Virus record (IMG/VR): IMGVR_UViG_2531839474_000013
Coordinates: 1 to 33,624 of that record
Source of the DNA: a virus
Lineage: Duplodnaviria; Heunggongvirae; Uroviricota; Caudoviricetes
Strand: one strand, 5' to 3'
Length of the DNA stretch: 33,624 bases
Shown here: positions 19,018-26,868 of the stretch, piece by piece
Layout: every line of letters starts with the position of its first letter
Position numbering within the stretch: the stretch's first letter is position 1
Made by a program: the position numbers and the translations under genes
Notes under the pieces: model-generated
The model's database searches: none
The model's input: only the letters and a program-made list of their open reading frames with translations
Told to the model about the DNA's origin: nothing

Positions 19018-19114
19018 TGTAAAACCTCTGGTATTGGATAAAACATGGCTGGAATATATCCACTACAAATAACGATTTCACTCCCAAAAAATGCGTATTT
19101 CATGAGAAAAAACA

Positions 19115-19156
19115 ATGACTTTTTCTTTCTGTCATTTGTATACTCTAAAAATAGAG
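19115..19156 (+). promoter_or_regulatory. candidate promoter and palindromic operator of the toxin-antitoxin operon
   Basis: -35-like ATGACT, 18-nt spacer, -10 TATACT (19139..19144), then the palindrome CTCTAAAAATAGAG (19143..19156). Confidence 0.3.
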
Positions 19157-19258
19157 TGTTTTTTGAGCCGCCATTCCTTAGCAAGTCCTCTGTATGGATA
19201 TTGCCTGCCCTATTTAATTGTGTCACACTATGTATTACACAACGGTATGGAACCAAAC

Positions 19259-19630
19259 ATGCGCATTTTCAAAAATGCCTGGTTTGAACGCTTCGCACGA
19301 AAAAATCGGATTTCCGATAAAGCTCTGCGAGAAGTCGTGGAACTAGCTGATAAGGGACTCATATCCGCAGATTTGGGTAGTGGTGTCATTAAGCAGCGAT
19401 TAGCCCGAAGAGGTGGCGGTAAATCAGGCGGTTATAGGACAATAATTTTTTACCGCGTCGCAGAAAAGGCTTTTTTCATCTATGCGTACGCAAAGAATGA
19501 GAGAGAAAATATTACAGCCATCGAGGAAAACGCATTTCGAAAAGCTGCGCATCACGTTCTCAATCTTACTGATGAACAACTGGCGCAATTGATCCTGCAA
19601 GGTCAGTTTACGGAGGTACCCAATGAGTAA
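19259..19630 (+). CDS. type II toxin, RelE/ParE superfamily (HigB-2-like)
   Basis: GSGVIKQRLARRGGGKSGGYRTIIFY...YAKNERENI resembles V. cholerae HigB-2. Start placed at ATG 19259; the track's ORF from 19115 has a long, implausible leader. Toxin gene precedes the antitoxin. Confidence 0.75.
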   Translation: MRIFKNAWFERFARKNRISDKALREVVELADKGLISADLGSGVIKQRLARRGGGKSGGYRTIIFYRVAEKAFFIYAYAKNERENITAIEENAFRKAAHHVLNLTDEQLAQLILQGQFTEVPNE

Positions 19631-19940
19631 AAATTACCGCAGTGATGCACTTGCATCCGTACATGAAATGATGGAGTCACTTCAGGATATTGGCGCAGTT
19701 ACAAAACAAACTATGAGAGAGTTTGATGAACTCTGTCTGCAACCAGCGCCAACAATGTCGCCAGAAAGAATCCGGGCACTTCGCGAGCGCGAGCATCTGT
19801 CTCAACCTGTTTTCGCCAGATATCTTAATGTCAGTAAAAACCTCATTTCAGACTGGGAAAGGGGAATAAAGCGCCCTGGTGGCCCTGCCCTTCGTTTGCT
19901 TTCTGTGGTTGAGAAAAACGGAATTCAGTCAATCTGTTAA
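19623..19940 (+). CDS. HTH-XRE antitoxin (HigA-2-like)
   Basis: 105 aa; C-terminal HTH SQPVFARYLNVSKNLISDWERGIKRP; overlaps the toxin stop by 8 nt. Confidence 0.75.
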   Translation: MSKNYRSDALASVHEMMESLQDIGAVTKQTMREFDELCLQPAPTMSPERIRALREREHLSQPVFARYLNVSKNLISDWERGIKRPGGPALRLLSVVEKNGIQSIC

Positions 19941-19961
19941 TAAAAATTCACCATGAATAGC

Positions 19962-19995
19962 AAAACCCCGGACCATCAATCCGGGGTTTTTGTTT
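19962..19995 (+). terminator. intrinsic terminator after the toxin-antitoxin operon
   Basis: CCCCGGACCATCAATCCGGGG followed by TTTTTGTTTG. Confidence 0.6.
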
Positions 19996-19996
19996 G

Positions 19997-20080
19997 TTAT
20001 CCCCAGCGGCAAATCGAATACACCACCAGCGCCACCGCCATCGCAATTCCTACCGTTGTGAATGCTTCAGGCCAGGTCAT
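19997..20080 (-). CDS. possible 27-aa hydrophobic peptide, translationally coupled to the upstream gene
   Basis: ATG overlaps the stop of the 131-aa gene (ATGA); AGGAGGTGA 5-7 nt upstream; product MTWPEAFTTVGIAMAVALVVYSICRWG, a single TM-like segment. Confidence 0.3.
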   Translation of the reverse strand: MTWPEAFTTVGIAMAVALVVYSICRWG

Positions 20081-20472
20081 CGATTCACCTCCTGCTCAAT
20101 ATTTTTAAGGTCATTTTCCGCATACAGTATTGCTGTCCTGGCTGCTCGTAACCGGGCTTTGGCATTTTTCTCTTCACGTTCAAGTTTTGCCACAGCTTCA
20201 CGAAGAGCATCCCGCTTTGCATAGAGTGATTTAATCTCAGACACTATGTTTTCACCGTTTCTCGCACGGTCGAGAACAAGTTCGAACGGATCTAAAGCCA
20301 ATCCACACCGTTTGCAGGTAATCGTACGATTCACTTCTGAAATTGTTGTACGGATATGCTGACAGCATTTTTGCTCGACACTTTTTTCGTCGGTTATCAC
20401 AACGTTGAGGAGTCCTTCCTCCTCTGATTTTGGCTGTACCAGAGTGATAACATTGTCGACTTCATTTTTCAT
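20077..20472 (-). CDS. hypothetical protein with CxxC...CxxC zinc-ribbon-like motif and coiled-coil C-terminus
   Basis: 131 aa; CCQH...CKRCG; AGGAGG 7 nt upstream; start overlaps the DUF551 stop (ATGA). Confidence 0.5.
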   Translation of the reverse strand: MKNEVDNVITLVQPKSEEEGLLNVVITDEKSVEQKCCQHIRTTISEVNRTITCKRCGLALDPFELVLDRARNGENIVSEIKSLYAKRDALREAVAKLEREEKNAKARLRAARTAILYAENDLKNIEQEVNR

Positions 20473-21401
20473 CCGTTCACCTCCTGCGGTGGTTCCGGTA
20501 GCGGCATCCAGTGAGTTGAGCTCTCTACTTCGACGCCGTCTTTGTCCACAAAAGCCATCTTATTCCCGCCACAAGTGGGGCAAAAAACCTTATCCCAAGA
20601 ACCGGGGAATACATTACCGAGATCATCGAGAAGAATCACATCGCAATATTCAGCAGGAACTGCATCACTACAGCTTATCCAGCCAGCCGGAGTTACCGGA
20701 GGGGTACCCGATAGCGCATTCTGCTCCAGTGATGCTTTTACAAACCACGCTGCCTGAACTATAACGCCATGAATCCAGCGCAAATCAGCATCGCGATCTT
20801 TCTTTTTCATCTTCTCGCCACTTAAAGCCTGGCTTATGTGGCTGCGTACCAAGTCTTCATGTAACGCCTTCGCATCCTCAATGGTGAAACCACCAGGCAG
20901 GCGAGTCGGGGTTACATGAGGGTTGCCTTCCCCCTGACTCTGAAGCATGGCGGCACTCCGCTCTATACCATCCAGCGCGATTCGCAGTGCCTGAATTGTG
21001 GTAGAGCTATCGTTTGGGGCTATTCCATATCGCTCGAATACAGCGATATGACCGCGCATAATCTCAGGCGTAAGCTCTTTGTAAGCATAAGCAAGAGACC
21101 CTGATACATTATCCGGCACAACCGGAACTGACGGCGCAGACAGTAAAGCCTTGGCCATACACATTGCTTCCAGTCCTGTAGCCTCAGCTATACCGTCACG
21201 AATAAGTTCAAGCCCCTCTTTTGTTAACAGTTTCATTCCTTTATACATGACGGGCACCAGCGGTTCAGCTACCAGCGATGCCAGTGCAATTTTGAATAAC
21301 TCGCCCTCTACCCGCGCCATCTCTGAATTGGGGTGGCATTTCGCAATCGCTATTTTTAATTTCGCTTCTTCGATTAATTGTTCTTTGGTTAATTCAGTCA
21401 T
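20469..21401 (-). CDS. DUF551-family phage protein
   Basis: C-terminus ...FCPTCGG...THWMPLPEPP is typical of DUF551. Start placed at ATG 21401 (AAGGAAA upstream), giving 310 aa; the track's longer ORF overlaps the upstream gene. Confidence 0.6.
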   Translation of the reverse strand: MTELTKEQLIEEAKLKIAIAKCHPNSEMARVEGELFKIALASLVAEPLVPVMYKGMKLLTKEGLELIRDGIAEATGLEAMCMAKALLSAPSVPVVPDNVSGSLAYAYKELTPEIMRGHIAVFERYGIAPNDSSTTIQALRIALDGIERSAAMLQSQGEGNPHVTPTRLPGGFTIEDAKALHEDLVRSHISQALSGEKMKKKDRDADLRWIHGVIVQAAWFVKASLEQNALSGTPPVTPAGWISCSDAVPAEYCDVILLDDLGNVFPGSWDKVFCPTCGGNKMAFVDKDGVEVESSTHWMPLPEPPQEVNG

Positions 21402-21402
21402 T

Positions 21403-21621
21403 TCAGTTTTCCTTATATGGATTAATTTTGTTGTGTAGCGCCCTGAATGGTTCCCATACCATATCGATATACAGTTCAACAATCGGCTCAAATATTTTTC
21501 CGATTATCCAAACCAGAAACAGCAGGTTTATCGGTATCATCAACACGATAAACAGAATGAGAAACAGAAATTCTGTTGTTCTACTCTTTCGCGGATATTC
21601 TTTTCTGAATAATGCAGTCAT
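21403..21621 (-). CDS. hypothetical small membrane protein
   Basis: 72 aa with a hydrophobic core FLFLILFIVLMIPINLLFLVWIIG; AT-rich; ends 2 nt before the DUF551 start. Confidence 0.4.
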   Translation of the reverse strand: MTALFRKEYPRKSRTTEFLFLILFIVLMIPINLLFLVWIIGKIFEPIVELYIDMVWEPFRALHNKINPYKEN

Positions 21622-21748
21622 TTATTACCGCCCTTTCGGGCGGCCTCCTGATGTTTTGAGGGTGCAGGAATCCCTCCGGTTAAGGATTTAATAAAAATCA
21701 CTTCTGATTTAAATTTTCAGTGTTTTGTTGCCAGGGGATTTATCGCCT

Positions 21749-22060
21749 TTACGCTTCAGCCTTATTTCGCAACCAGACACAAACCGGGCCATCTTCGGTG
21801 TCATGTATTGAACCAATAAACCATCCATCGCCCTCTGGTCGTTCCGGTTCCCAGGTGGAAATATCAGGACCATCTGCATCAAGATTAAAATCATCTTCAT
21901 CCATAGTTCTGATGGTCCATTGAAGATTATTTTCCTCCATCCATGCGTTAAACTCTTCCGTTGAAATATGTTCTCTACCATCACAGAATTTTTCATATTC
22001 AGGATGCGTCCAGCAGCCATATTCATCACGTACTACTGGTATTTCTTTAATTTCATTCAT
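21749..22060 (-). CDS. hypothetical acidic phage protein
   Basis: 103 aa; start overlaps the stop of the reconstructed IS-disrupted gene (ATGAATGA). Confidence 0.5.
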   Translation of the reverse strand: MNEIKEIPVVRDEYGCWTHPEYEKFCDGREHISTEEFNAWMEENNLQWTIRTMDEDDFNLDADGPDISTWEPERPEGDGWFIGSIHDTEDGPVCVWLRNKAEA

Positions 22061-22204
22061 TTCTGTTCTCCCACGTTTTCAGACTTTCACCACAGAACGG
22101 ACAAAATGAAACCCGCACTGGTGATTTAGAAAATTCACCGGAACGCAACATCACCAAATCAGGGCCGCGAGTTAAACTCTCATTCCAGATTTTGTATATC
22201 AGCA
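22053..22204 (-). pseudogene. C-terminal fragment of a zinc-ribbon gene split by the IS insertion
   Basis: Reads in frame with the fragment at 23515..23620 once the IS and one copy of the GCA duplication are removed; ends ...VRVSFCPFCGESLKTWENRNE*. Confidence 0.65.
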
Positions 22205-22243
22205 TGAACCGCCCCGGTTTTCCTGGAGAGTGTTTTATCTGTG
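22205..22243. repeat. terminal inverted repeat of the IS (orfB-distal end)
   Basis: TGAACCGCCCCGGTTTTCCTGGAGAGTG... is the reverse-complement match to the other end. Confidence 0.7.
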
Positions 22244-22246
22244 AAC

Positions 22247-23134
22247 TCAGGCTGCCAGATCATCGTTTCTGATGGAAGCATAATAAGCTTTTTCTGCTTC
22301 TGCCGGAGGGATATGACCCAGCCTTCCCAGCAATCGTCGATTGTTATACCAGTCCACCCACGTGAGTGTGGCCAGTTCCACTTCTGCACGGTTTTTCCAG
22401 CTCTTACGGTGTATTACCTCCGCTTTGTAAAGACCATTGATGCTCTCCGCCATCGCGTTGTCATACGAGTCACCTGTACTCCCTGTTGATGCCAGCAGTT
22501 TTGCTTCTTTTAGTCGCTCCGTATAGGCCAGTGATACATACTGAGAACCTTTATCACTGTGATGGACTGTGCCGGACGGCCGACGGGCCCACAACGCCTG
22601 CTCCAGTGCATCCAGCACGAATGTCGTTTCCATAGACGATGAGACTCGCCACCCCACGATACATCCGGCAAACACATCAATGATGAACGCCACATAGACG
22701 AAGCCCTGCCATGTGCTGACGTAAGTAAAATCAGCCACCCACAGCTGGTCAGGACGTTCTGCCACGAACTGACGGTTTACGCGGTCGCCTGCGGAAACGG
22801 CTTTCCGGCTGACGGTAGTACGGACCTTTTTACCCCGGAGAACACCGGCAAGTCCCATAACCGCCATGAGGCGCGCCACTGTACATCTGGCCACCCTGAT
22901 ACCTTCGCGTAACAACTGGCGCCAGACTTTACGCACACCGTACACCTGATGATTTTCATCGTATACGCGCTGTATCTCTCTCTTCAGCCAGTCATCGCGC
23001 TGAGCACGGGCACTGCGTTTATCAGGATGATGTCGCTGTTGCTGACAGTGGTAATACGTTGACGGGGCAATATGCAGTTCACTGCATACCGGTCCGACCC
23101 CGTACTGCTCACGCAGCTTATCCAGCAGCGGCAT
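22247..23134 (-). CDS. IS3-family transposase OrfB (DDE catalytic domain)
   Basis: 295 aa with integrase-core-like motifs (ADFTYV, HSDKGSQY, DNAMAES); in the -1 frame relative to orfA. Confidence 0.9.
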   Translation of the reverse strand: MPLLDKLREQYGVGPVCSELHIAPSTYYHCQQQRHHPDKRSARAQRDDWLKREIQRVYDENHQVYGVRKVWRQLLREGIRVARCTVARLMAVMGLAGVLRGKKVRTTVSRKAVSAGDRVNRQFVAERPDQLWVADFTYVSTWQGFVYVAFIIDVFAGCIVGWRVSSSMETTFVLDALEQALWARRPSGTVHHSDKGSQYVSLAYTERLKEAKLLASTGSTGDSYDNAMAESINGLYKAEVIHRKSWKNRAEVELATLTWVDWYNNRRLLGRLGHIPPAEAEKAYYASIRNDDLAA

Positions 23135-23460
23135 TATTTTTTCCAGAGGCGGTCGAACTCCGCCTTCGCAAAATAAGCGGAAGCCTGGCGAAGGATATCG
23201 TTACTGCGGCGCAGTTCACGATTTTCACGTTCCAGCTCTTTCAGACGCTGACGTTCAGCGGTGGTGAGTCCACCATCACCACTCCCGGTATCCCGCTCAT
23301 GCTGACGAACCCACACACGCAGAGTCTCTGGTGTACAGCCAATCTTTGGGGCAATGGAACAAATTGCCGCCCATTGTGAGTCATATTCGCCCTGACTTTC
23401 CAGAACCATACGAACTGCCCGTTGACGGACCTCGGGGGAAAAACGTGTATTTTTAGTCAT
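23134..23460 (-). CDS. IS3-family transposase OrfA (HTH domain)
   Basis: 108 aa with HTH and leucine-zipper-like C-terminus; ends TGG AAA AAA TAA, where orfB continues in the -1 frame. Confidence 0.9.
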   Translation of the reverse strand: MTKNTRFSPEVRQRAVRMVLESQGEYDSQWAAICSIAPKIGCTPETLRVWVRQHERDTGSGDGGLTTAERQRLKELERENRELRRSNDILRQASAYFAKAEFDRLWKK

Positions 23461-23475
23461 CCTGTTTACCTCTTT

Positions 23476-23514
23476 CTCAGGGAGTTTAGTCTCCAGGATT
23501 CCCGGGGCGGTTCA
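23476..23514. repeat. terminal inverted repeat of the IS (orfA-proximal end)
   Basis: Minus strand TGAACCGCCCCGGGAATCCTGGAGACTAAACTCC..., 54 nt upstream of the orfA ATG. Confidence 0.7.
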
Positions 23515-23620
23515 GCAGACCTTTTCGCGTCGTGTATTCAGCATCATGCTCAAGGGATTTTGCCAGTGCTGCACATGGTTCTATCTTGTTGCCATTAATT
23601 TGGCATTTTGACTCACTCAC
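23515..23620 (-). pseudogene. N-terminal fragment of a zinc-ribbon gene split by the IS insertion
   Basis: GTG at 23620 with AAGGAGA 6-7 nt upstream; 35 codons (..SESKCQINGNKIEPCAALAKSLEHDAEYTTRKGL) then runs into the IS and stops after about 9 codons. Confidence 0.65.
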
Positions 23621-24297
23621 TGGTTGTCTCCTTTGCGAATCTGTTCCGCCCATTCTTCAAGGGATTTCTCCGCATATTCACCGGACAGACCATCAATCGG
23701 GTGCGGTTCATTAGCCAACTCTTCTTTCGCTGACAGAATCATGCGCGTAACGTCGAAAACTTCACGTAAAGACTTATTGATAAATCCGTGATTGAACGCA
23801 GCAGCAAGACGGCTGGCGGTATAGTTAATCCCCTCGTTGCGTGCTTCCGCACGTACATCAGCCAGGAAAGCATCTGTAGCCGGGGTTTGCGGCATCCTTC
23901 CGTCTATTGCACAGATATACGCATCAGATAGTTCATCCTGCTCGCCATCAAACACGTAGCAACTCTGTACGATAAATTTATTCAGCCCCGCATTCTCCGC
24001 CGCAAGCGCAGCAAGATTAGTCTCCAGCCCTGCAATGCGTTCCTCCAGTTCGTAGACTCTGCATTGCTCTTTATCATCAATCAGATATAACCCAAGACAT
24101 TCGCTTTCTACCCAACCGCCGAAATCATGATCGTAACGCTCACATGAAAACTCACCATCGCTGTCCCTTGTTGGAATGGTGTAACTGTCTAATGGGCCAC
24201 CGTACGTCGGTACATTTCCCAATTTCGGATGCTCAATCCACATGAAAAATGCACGTCCGGTTATAGGGCAAATATCTGGTCGCCATTGATTACTCAC
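23617..24297 (-). CDS. hypothetical phage early protein with coiled-coil segment
   Basis: Start placed at GTG 24297 (AGGAGG 6 nt upstream), overlapping the upstream stop; about 226 aa. Confidence 0.5.
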   Translation of the reverse strand: MSNQWRPDICPITGRAFFMWIEHPKLGNVPTYGGPLDSYTIPTRDSDGEFSCERYDHDFGGWVESECLGLYLIDDKEQCRVYELEERIAGLETNLAALAAENAGLNKFIVQSCYVFDGEQDELSDAYICAIDGRMPQTPATDAFLADVRAEARNEGINYTASRLAAAFNHGFINKSLREVFDVTRMILSAKEELANEPHPIDGLSGEYAEKSLEEWAEQIRKGDNQ

Positions 24298-24589
24298 TGT
24301 TTGCCTCCTGGAAAATAACTGCATGCCCCAGCTTCTCCGCCAGTGCCAGTTCTGCCTTAGCGCCTGTTGACCACTGCCAGCCTTTCAGCATGTAAATCGC
24401 ATCCACACAACGAATCATTGCCATGCAAATATCCATGTAGTGTGGCTGTGTCAGCCCGTCTGGAAGTACTGCCGGGTTTAAGACTGTATGCCCTTCCCGT
24501 TTCAGTTCCTCTTCCGCATTGTGGAACGCCTCACGGTTGAAATTTTTATACCCGGTCATCGGACCAGCGATATAAACCCTTACCCTCAC
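24290..24589 (-). CDS. DUF4406-family protein (nucleoside 2-deoxyribosyltransferase-like)
   Basis: 99 aa; N-terminal VRVYIAGPMTGY motif typical of this family. Confidence 0.65.
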   Translation of the reverse strand: MRVRVYIAGPMTGYKNFNREAFHNAEEELKREGHTVLNPAVLPDGLTQPHYMDICMAMIRCVDAIYMLKGWQWSTGAKAELALAEKLGHAVIFQEANSE

Positions 24590-24987
24590 ACCATCACCTC
24601 CTGAAAATCTCCCTGATAGAACGCCAGTACACGCTGCATAACCTCACTCTGACGGCACTCACGGCAAATTATGTTCTGGTGCCGGTCGTAGGGTTGTGCT
24701 CCGGCTTTACCCTGTTTTTGTGCTGGTTTGCGGATAACCCTTGCTTTTCTTGCCGAACTTGCCAGCCATTCACGGTAAACTCCCTCTGAAAGGAACACCC
24801 CTTTTCCGCTGACAACATACACTTCGCCCTGGCTCACCAGCATCTTCAGGTACCGGCGAATGGAATCATGTGAAGCATATGTTGTCGATGCCAGTTGTGG
24901 CATTGTCATACGCCCGTTTTTACGTACAAGGTCAACGATGTGACGCTGTAATCTTTCCCGCTGTTCTTCGGTATAAATAGCCCCCAT
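24586..24987 (-). CDS. hypothetical protein, possible winged-helix DNA-binding
   Basis: 133 aa; translationally coupled (ATGA overlap) to the DUF4406 gene. Confidence 0.5.
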   Translation of the reverse strand: MGAIYTEEQRERLQRHIVDLVRKNGRMTMPQLASTTYASHDSIRRYLKMLVSQGEVYVVSGKGVFLSEGVYREWLASSARKARVIRKPAQKQGKAGAQPYDRHQNIICRECRQSEVMQRVLAFYQGDFQEVMV

Positions 24988-25029
24988 AAACTCTCCTGAG
25001 AAAATAACTTCATAACCTCAAATCAACAC

Positions 25030-25995
25030 TTACCCCCTGAACCCCGGCGGAATTTCGGTGTCCGGTTCAGAAATGTGATTCACGCAACGCTGTACAGGCG
25101 AACGCCCCAGACGAATAACCAGCTCATCCCATTTTTCGCGAAGCTTTGACGGGCTCATGACGTTTTTTACCCAGAAGGGATCCCGCTGCACCCGACCAAA
25201 CATTTCGCAAATTTGTCTGTGAGTTCTGCCATCCAGCATCCGCATTGTGCGCACATCATTGGCCCATGCAGTCCAATTGGGTTCTTTCGGTCGCATGATT
25301 TCGCCATCATCGCTGGCAGCCTGCTCGTAAAGACTCACGATTCGTCCCCAGATCCACTGCGCACACGCTAAATCTTCCTGGCTGCCCCACTGGCGTTTTT
25401 TCGCACTGAACACAACCGCGTCAGGATGTCGGGTCAAAAAATCCTGTTCAGCCGTCTGCATGTCCGGTTGCAAAGCTTCCGGACGAGAAGTGTTTTTATT
25501 CTCTGTAGTAATCTCTGTTGTATTCTCTGTAAGATCATCAGGCCATTTTGACCCGATGACATTGTGTCGTTTTGAACCAATGGAGCGTGTCATTTTGGCC
25601 TCTTCCATCGTGTCATTTTGACCTGATGGAGCGGCGCATTTTGACCTGATGGATTCGCTCACTTTGCCACCATCTAAAAGCTCGCTCTCGTAATTAATCG
25701 TGTAAAAATTAGTCATGTCACGCTTTGATTTGTTGAGCTTTTCGCAACGCAAAAGCCCCAGCGCTTTCAGACTTGCAAATGCGCGTTTTAACGTTGACTC
25801 TGACCAGAACGGGAACTGTTCCAGCCATTGTTCTGTTGTGTTATAAATCCAGCGAACACCATCACATTCCATGCCGGAACCGGTATCTCTCAACCAGTAA
25901 TGCAGCTGCTGCAACACGATGGCTTCGTTCAGACCAATTTTCATCGCCAGCTGCGTGTTAATAACCAGTGGGCGTTCAGCAAAAAGAAGACTCAT
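25030..25995 (-). CDS. replication initiator (lambda O-like role) with iterons inside the gene
   Basis: Start placed at ATG 25995 (MSLLFAERPL..), about 321 aa; immediately downstream of the immunity region; the coding sequence contains the repeats listed at 25544..25680. Confidence 0.65.
   Translation of the reverse strand: MSLLFAERPLVINTQLAMKIGLNEAIVLQQLHYWLRDTGSGMECDGVRWIYNTTEQWLEQFPFWSESTLKRAFASLKALGLLRCEKLNKSKRDMTNFYTINYESELLDGGKVSESIRSKCAAPSGQNDTMEEAKMTRSIGSKRHNVIGSKWPDDLTENTTEITTENKNTSRPEALQPDMQTAEQDFLTRHPDAVVFSAKKRQWGSQEDLACAQWIWGRIVSLYEQAASDDGEIMRPKEPNWTAWANDVRTMRMLDGRTHRQICEMFGRVQRDPFWVKNVMSPSKLREKWDELVIRLGRSPVQRCVNHISEPDTEIPPGFRG
25544..25680. repeat. candidate replication origin: five to six iteron-like direct repeats
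   Basis: CATTTTGACC(C/T)GATGGA-like units at 23-24 bp spacing, followed by an AT-rich stretch at 25681..25720; they encode the repetitive peptide ..SIRSK..SIGSK..VIGSK... Confidence 0.6.
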
Positions 25996-26497
25996 AATTC
26001 CATCCGACTTTTTGTTGATATTGCTGACGATACGCACGCTTGAAAGCAATGGCTTTTTCTATAAGCTCGTCAGTCTCACGTTCCACAACAGCTGGATCCG
26101 CAAAAAGCAGCCCGGACTCCACCACATCGCCATATTCTTTGTTTAACCCGGCGATCATGTACGTAATGCTTTTTCCGTCAGTAATTTCACAATACAACCT
26201 GAAATCGCTGATCCGGATAGCCTCCATAATTGCCGGAATCAGCGCCGTGAATTTTTCACGCTTATCCCTGGTGTCGATAGCTTTCCAGCGTTCGAATATC
26301 TTCACCCTGTTAACGCCCAGCGCCCGTTGATCAACCGCGCCATCATCAAACGTGACGCGATGAACATCGATGTTCGGGCGTTCTTTCAGAGCCCAGAATG
26401 CTTCCGTGATTAATATCGTCGCCTGCTCCTGCGTCATTCCTGGTCGGCATACCCAGGCATCCAGAGCCTCGCGAGCCTGCTCAGGAGTGAATATCAT
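25976..26497 (-). CDS. YdaT-like protein (Rac prophage ydaT position)
   Basis: 173 aa; REKFTALIPAIMEAIRISDFRLYCEITD resembles my memory of E. coli YdaT; follows the YdaS-like gene. Confidence 0.5.
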   Translation of the reverse strand: MIFTPEQAREALDAWVCRPGMTQEQATILITEAFWALKERPNIDVHRVTFDDGAVDQRALGVNRVKIFERWKAIDTRDKREKFTALIPAIMEAIRISDFRLYCEITDGKSITYMIAGLNKEYGDVVESGLLFADPAVVERETDELIEKAIAFKRAYRQQYQQKVGWNYESSFC

Positions 26498-26756
26498 TGT
26501 TCACCGCCAGTGATTCATTCGACATACACTTATTTTCACAAGGTAGTCCATCTGTTGGGTTGGGATAAATGTCAGGGCGAAGTTCGTGGGGAGTAATTTC
26601 CCAATTCAGTAATGCACAGAGTGACGACACGCGTTCAGCAGGAACCTTGCCTTTAATGAACCACTTGCCTACGGCCTGGGAGCTAATGCCAAAGTGTTTG
26701 CCAATGTCAGTTTTCGACATTTTTTTAGAGATCTTATCGTGAATTTGATTACTCAT
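26481..26756 (-). CDS. Cro/YdaS-like HTH regulator
   Basis: HTH (IGKHFGISSQAVGKWFIKG); divergent from the repressor gene; start placed at ATG 26756 (GGTGGAAAG upstream). Confidence 0.65.
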   Translation of the reverse strand: MSNQIHDKISKKMSKTDIGKHFGISSQAVGKWFIKGKVPAERVSSLCALLNWEITPHELRPDIYPNPTDGLPCENKCMSNESLAVNNDIHS

Positions 26757-26796
26757 ACTTTCCACCAGTACTATTAATTTCACCTACGCTACCATC

Positions 26797-26832
26797 AAAA
26801 ACTATAAGTTTCAACACAAAACCTATAGTTTT
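26797..26832. promoter_or_regulatory. operator region with two related palindromic 15-mers between the divergent regulator genes
   Basis: AAAAACTATAAGTTT (26797..26811) and AAAACCTATAGTTTT (26818..26832). A -10-like TATACT at 26857..26862 sits 7 nt before the repressor ATG, suggesting a leaderless mRNA. Confidence 0.5.
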
Positions 26833-26868
26833 GCTGATTGGTGAAACCTTTGGTTGTATACTTAAAAA

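Larger units (their letters stand above)
22205..23514 (-). mobile_element. IS3-family insertion sequence, IS629-like (1310 bp)
   Basis: Imperfect terminal inverted repeats beginning TGAACCGCCCCGG at both ends; orfA and orfB overlap in the -1 frame; flanked by a 3-bp direct repeat GCA (22202..22204 and 23515..23517). Confidence 0.85.

Noticed and set aside
19115-19258. N-terminal extension of the toxin ORF (track start at 19115)
   Set aside because: The extension is AT-rich, low-complexity and coincides with the predicted promoter and operator; toxins of this family are about 100-125 aa.
25544-25680. Direct repeats considered as a possible CRISPR array
   Set aside because: Repeats are contiguous with no spacers, lie inside a coding gene next to an AT-rich segment, and fit replication-origin iterons.
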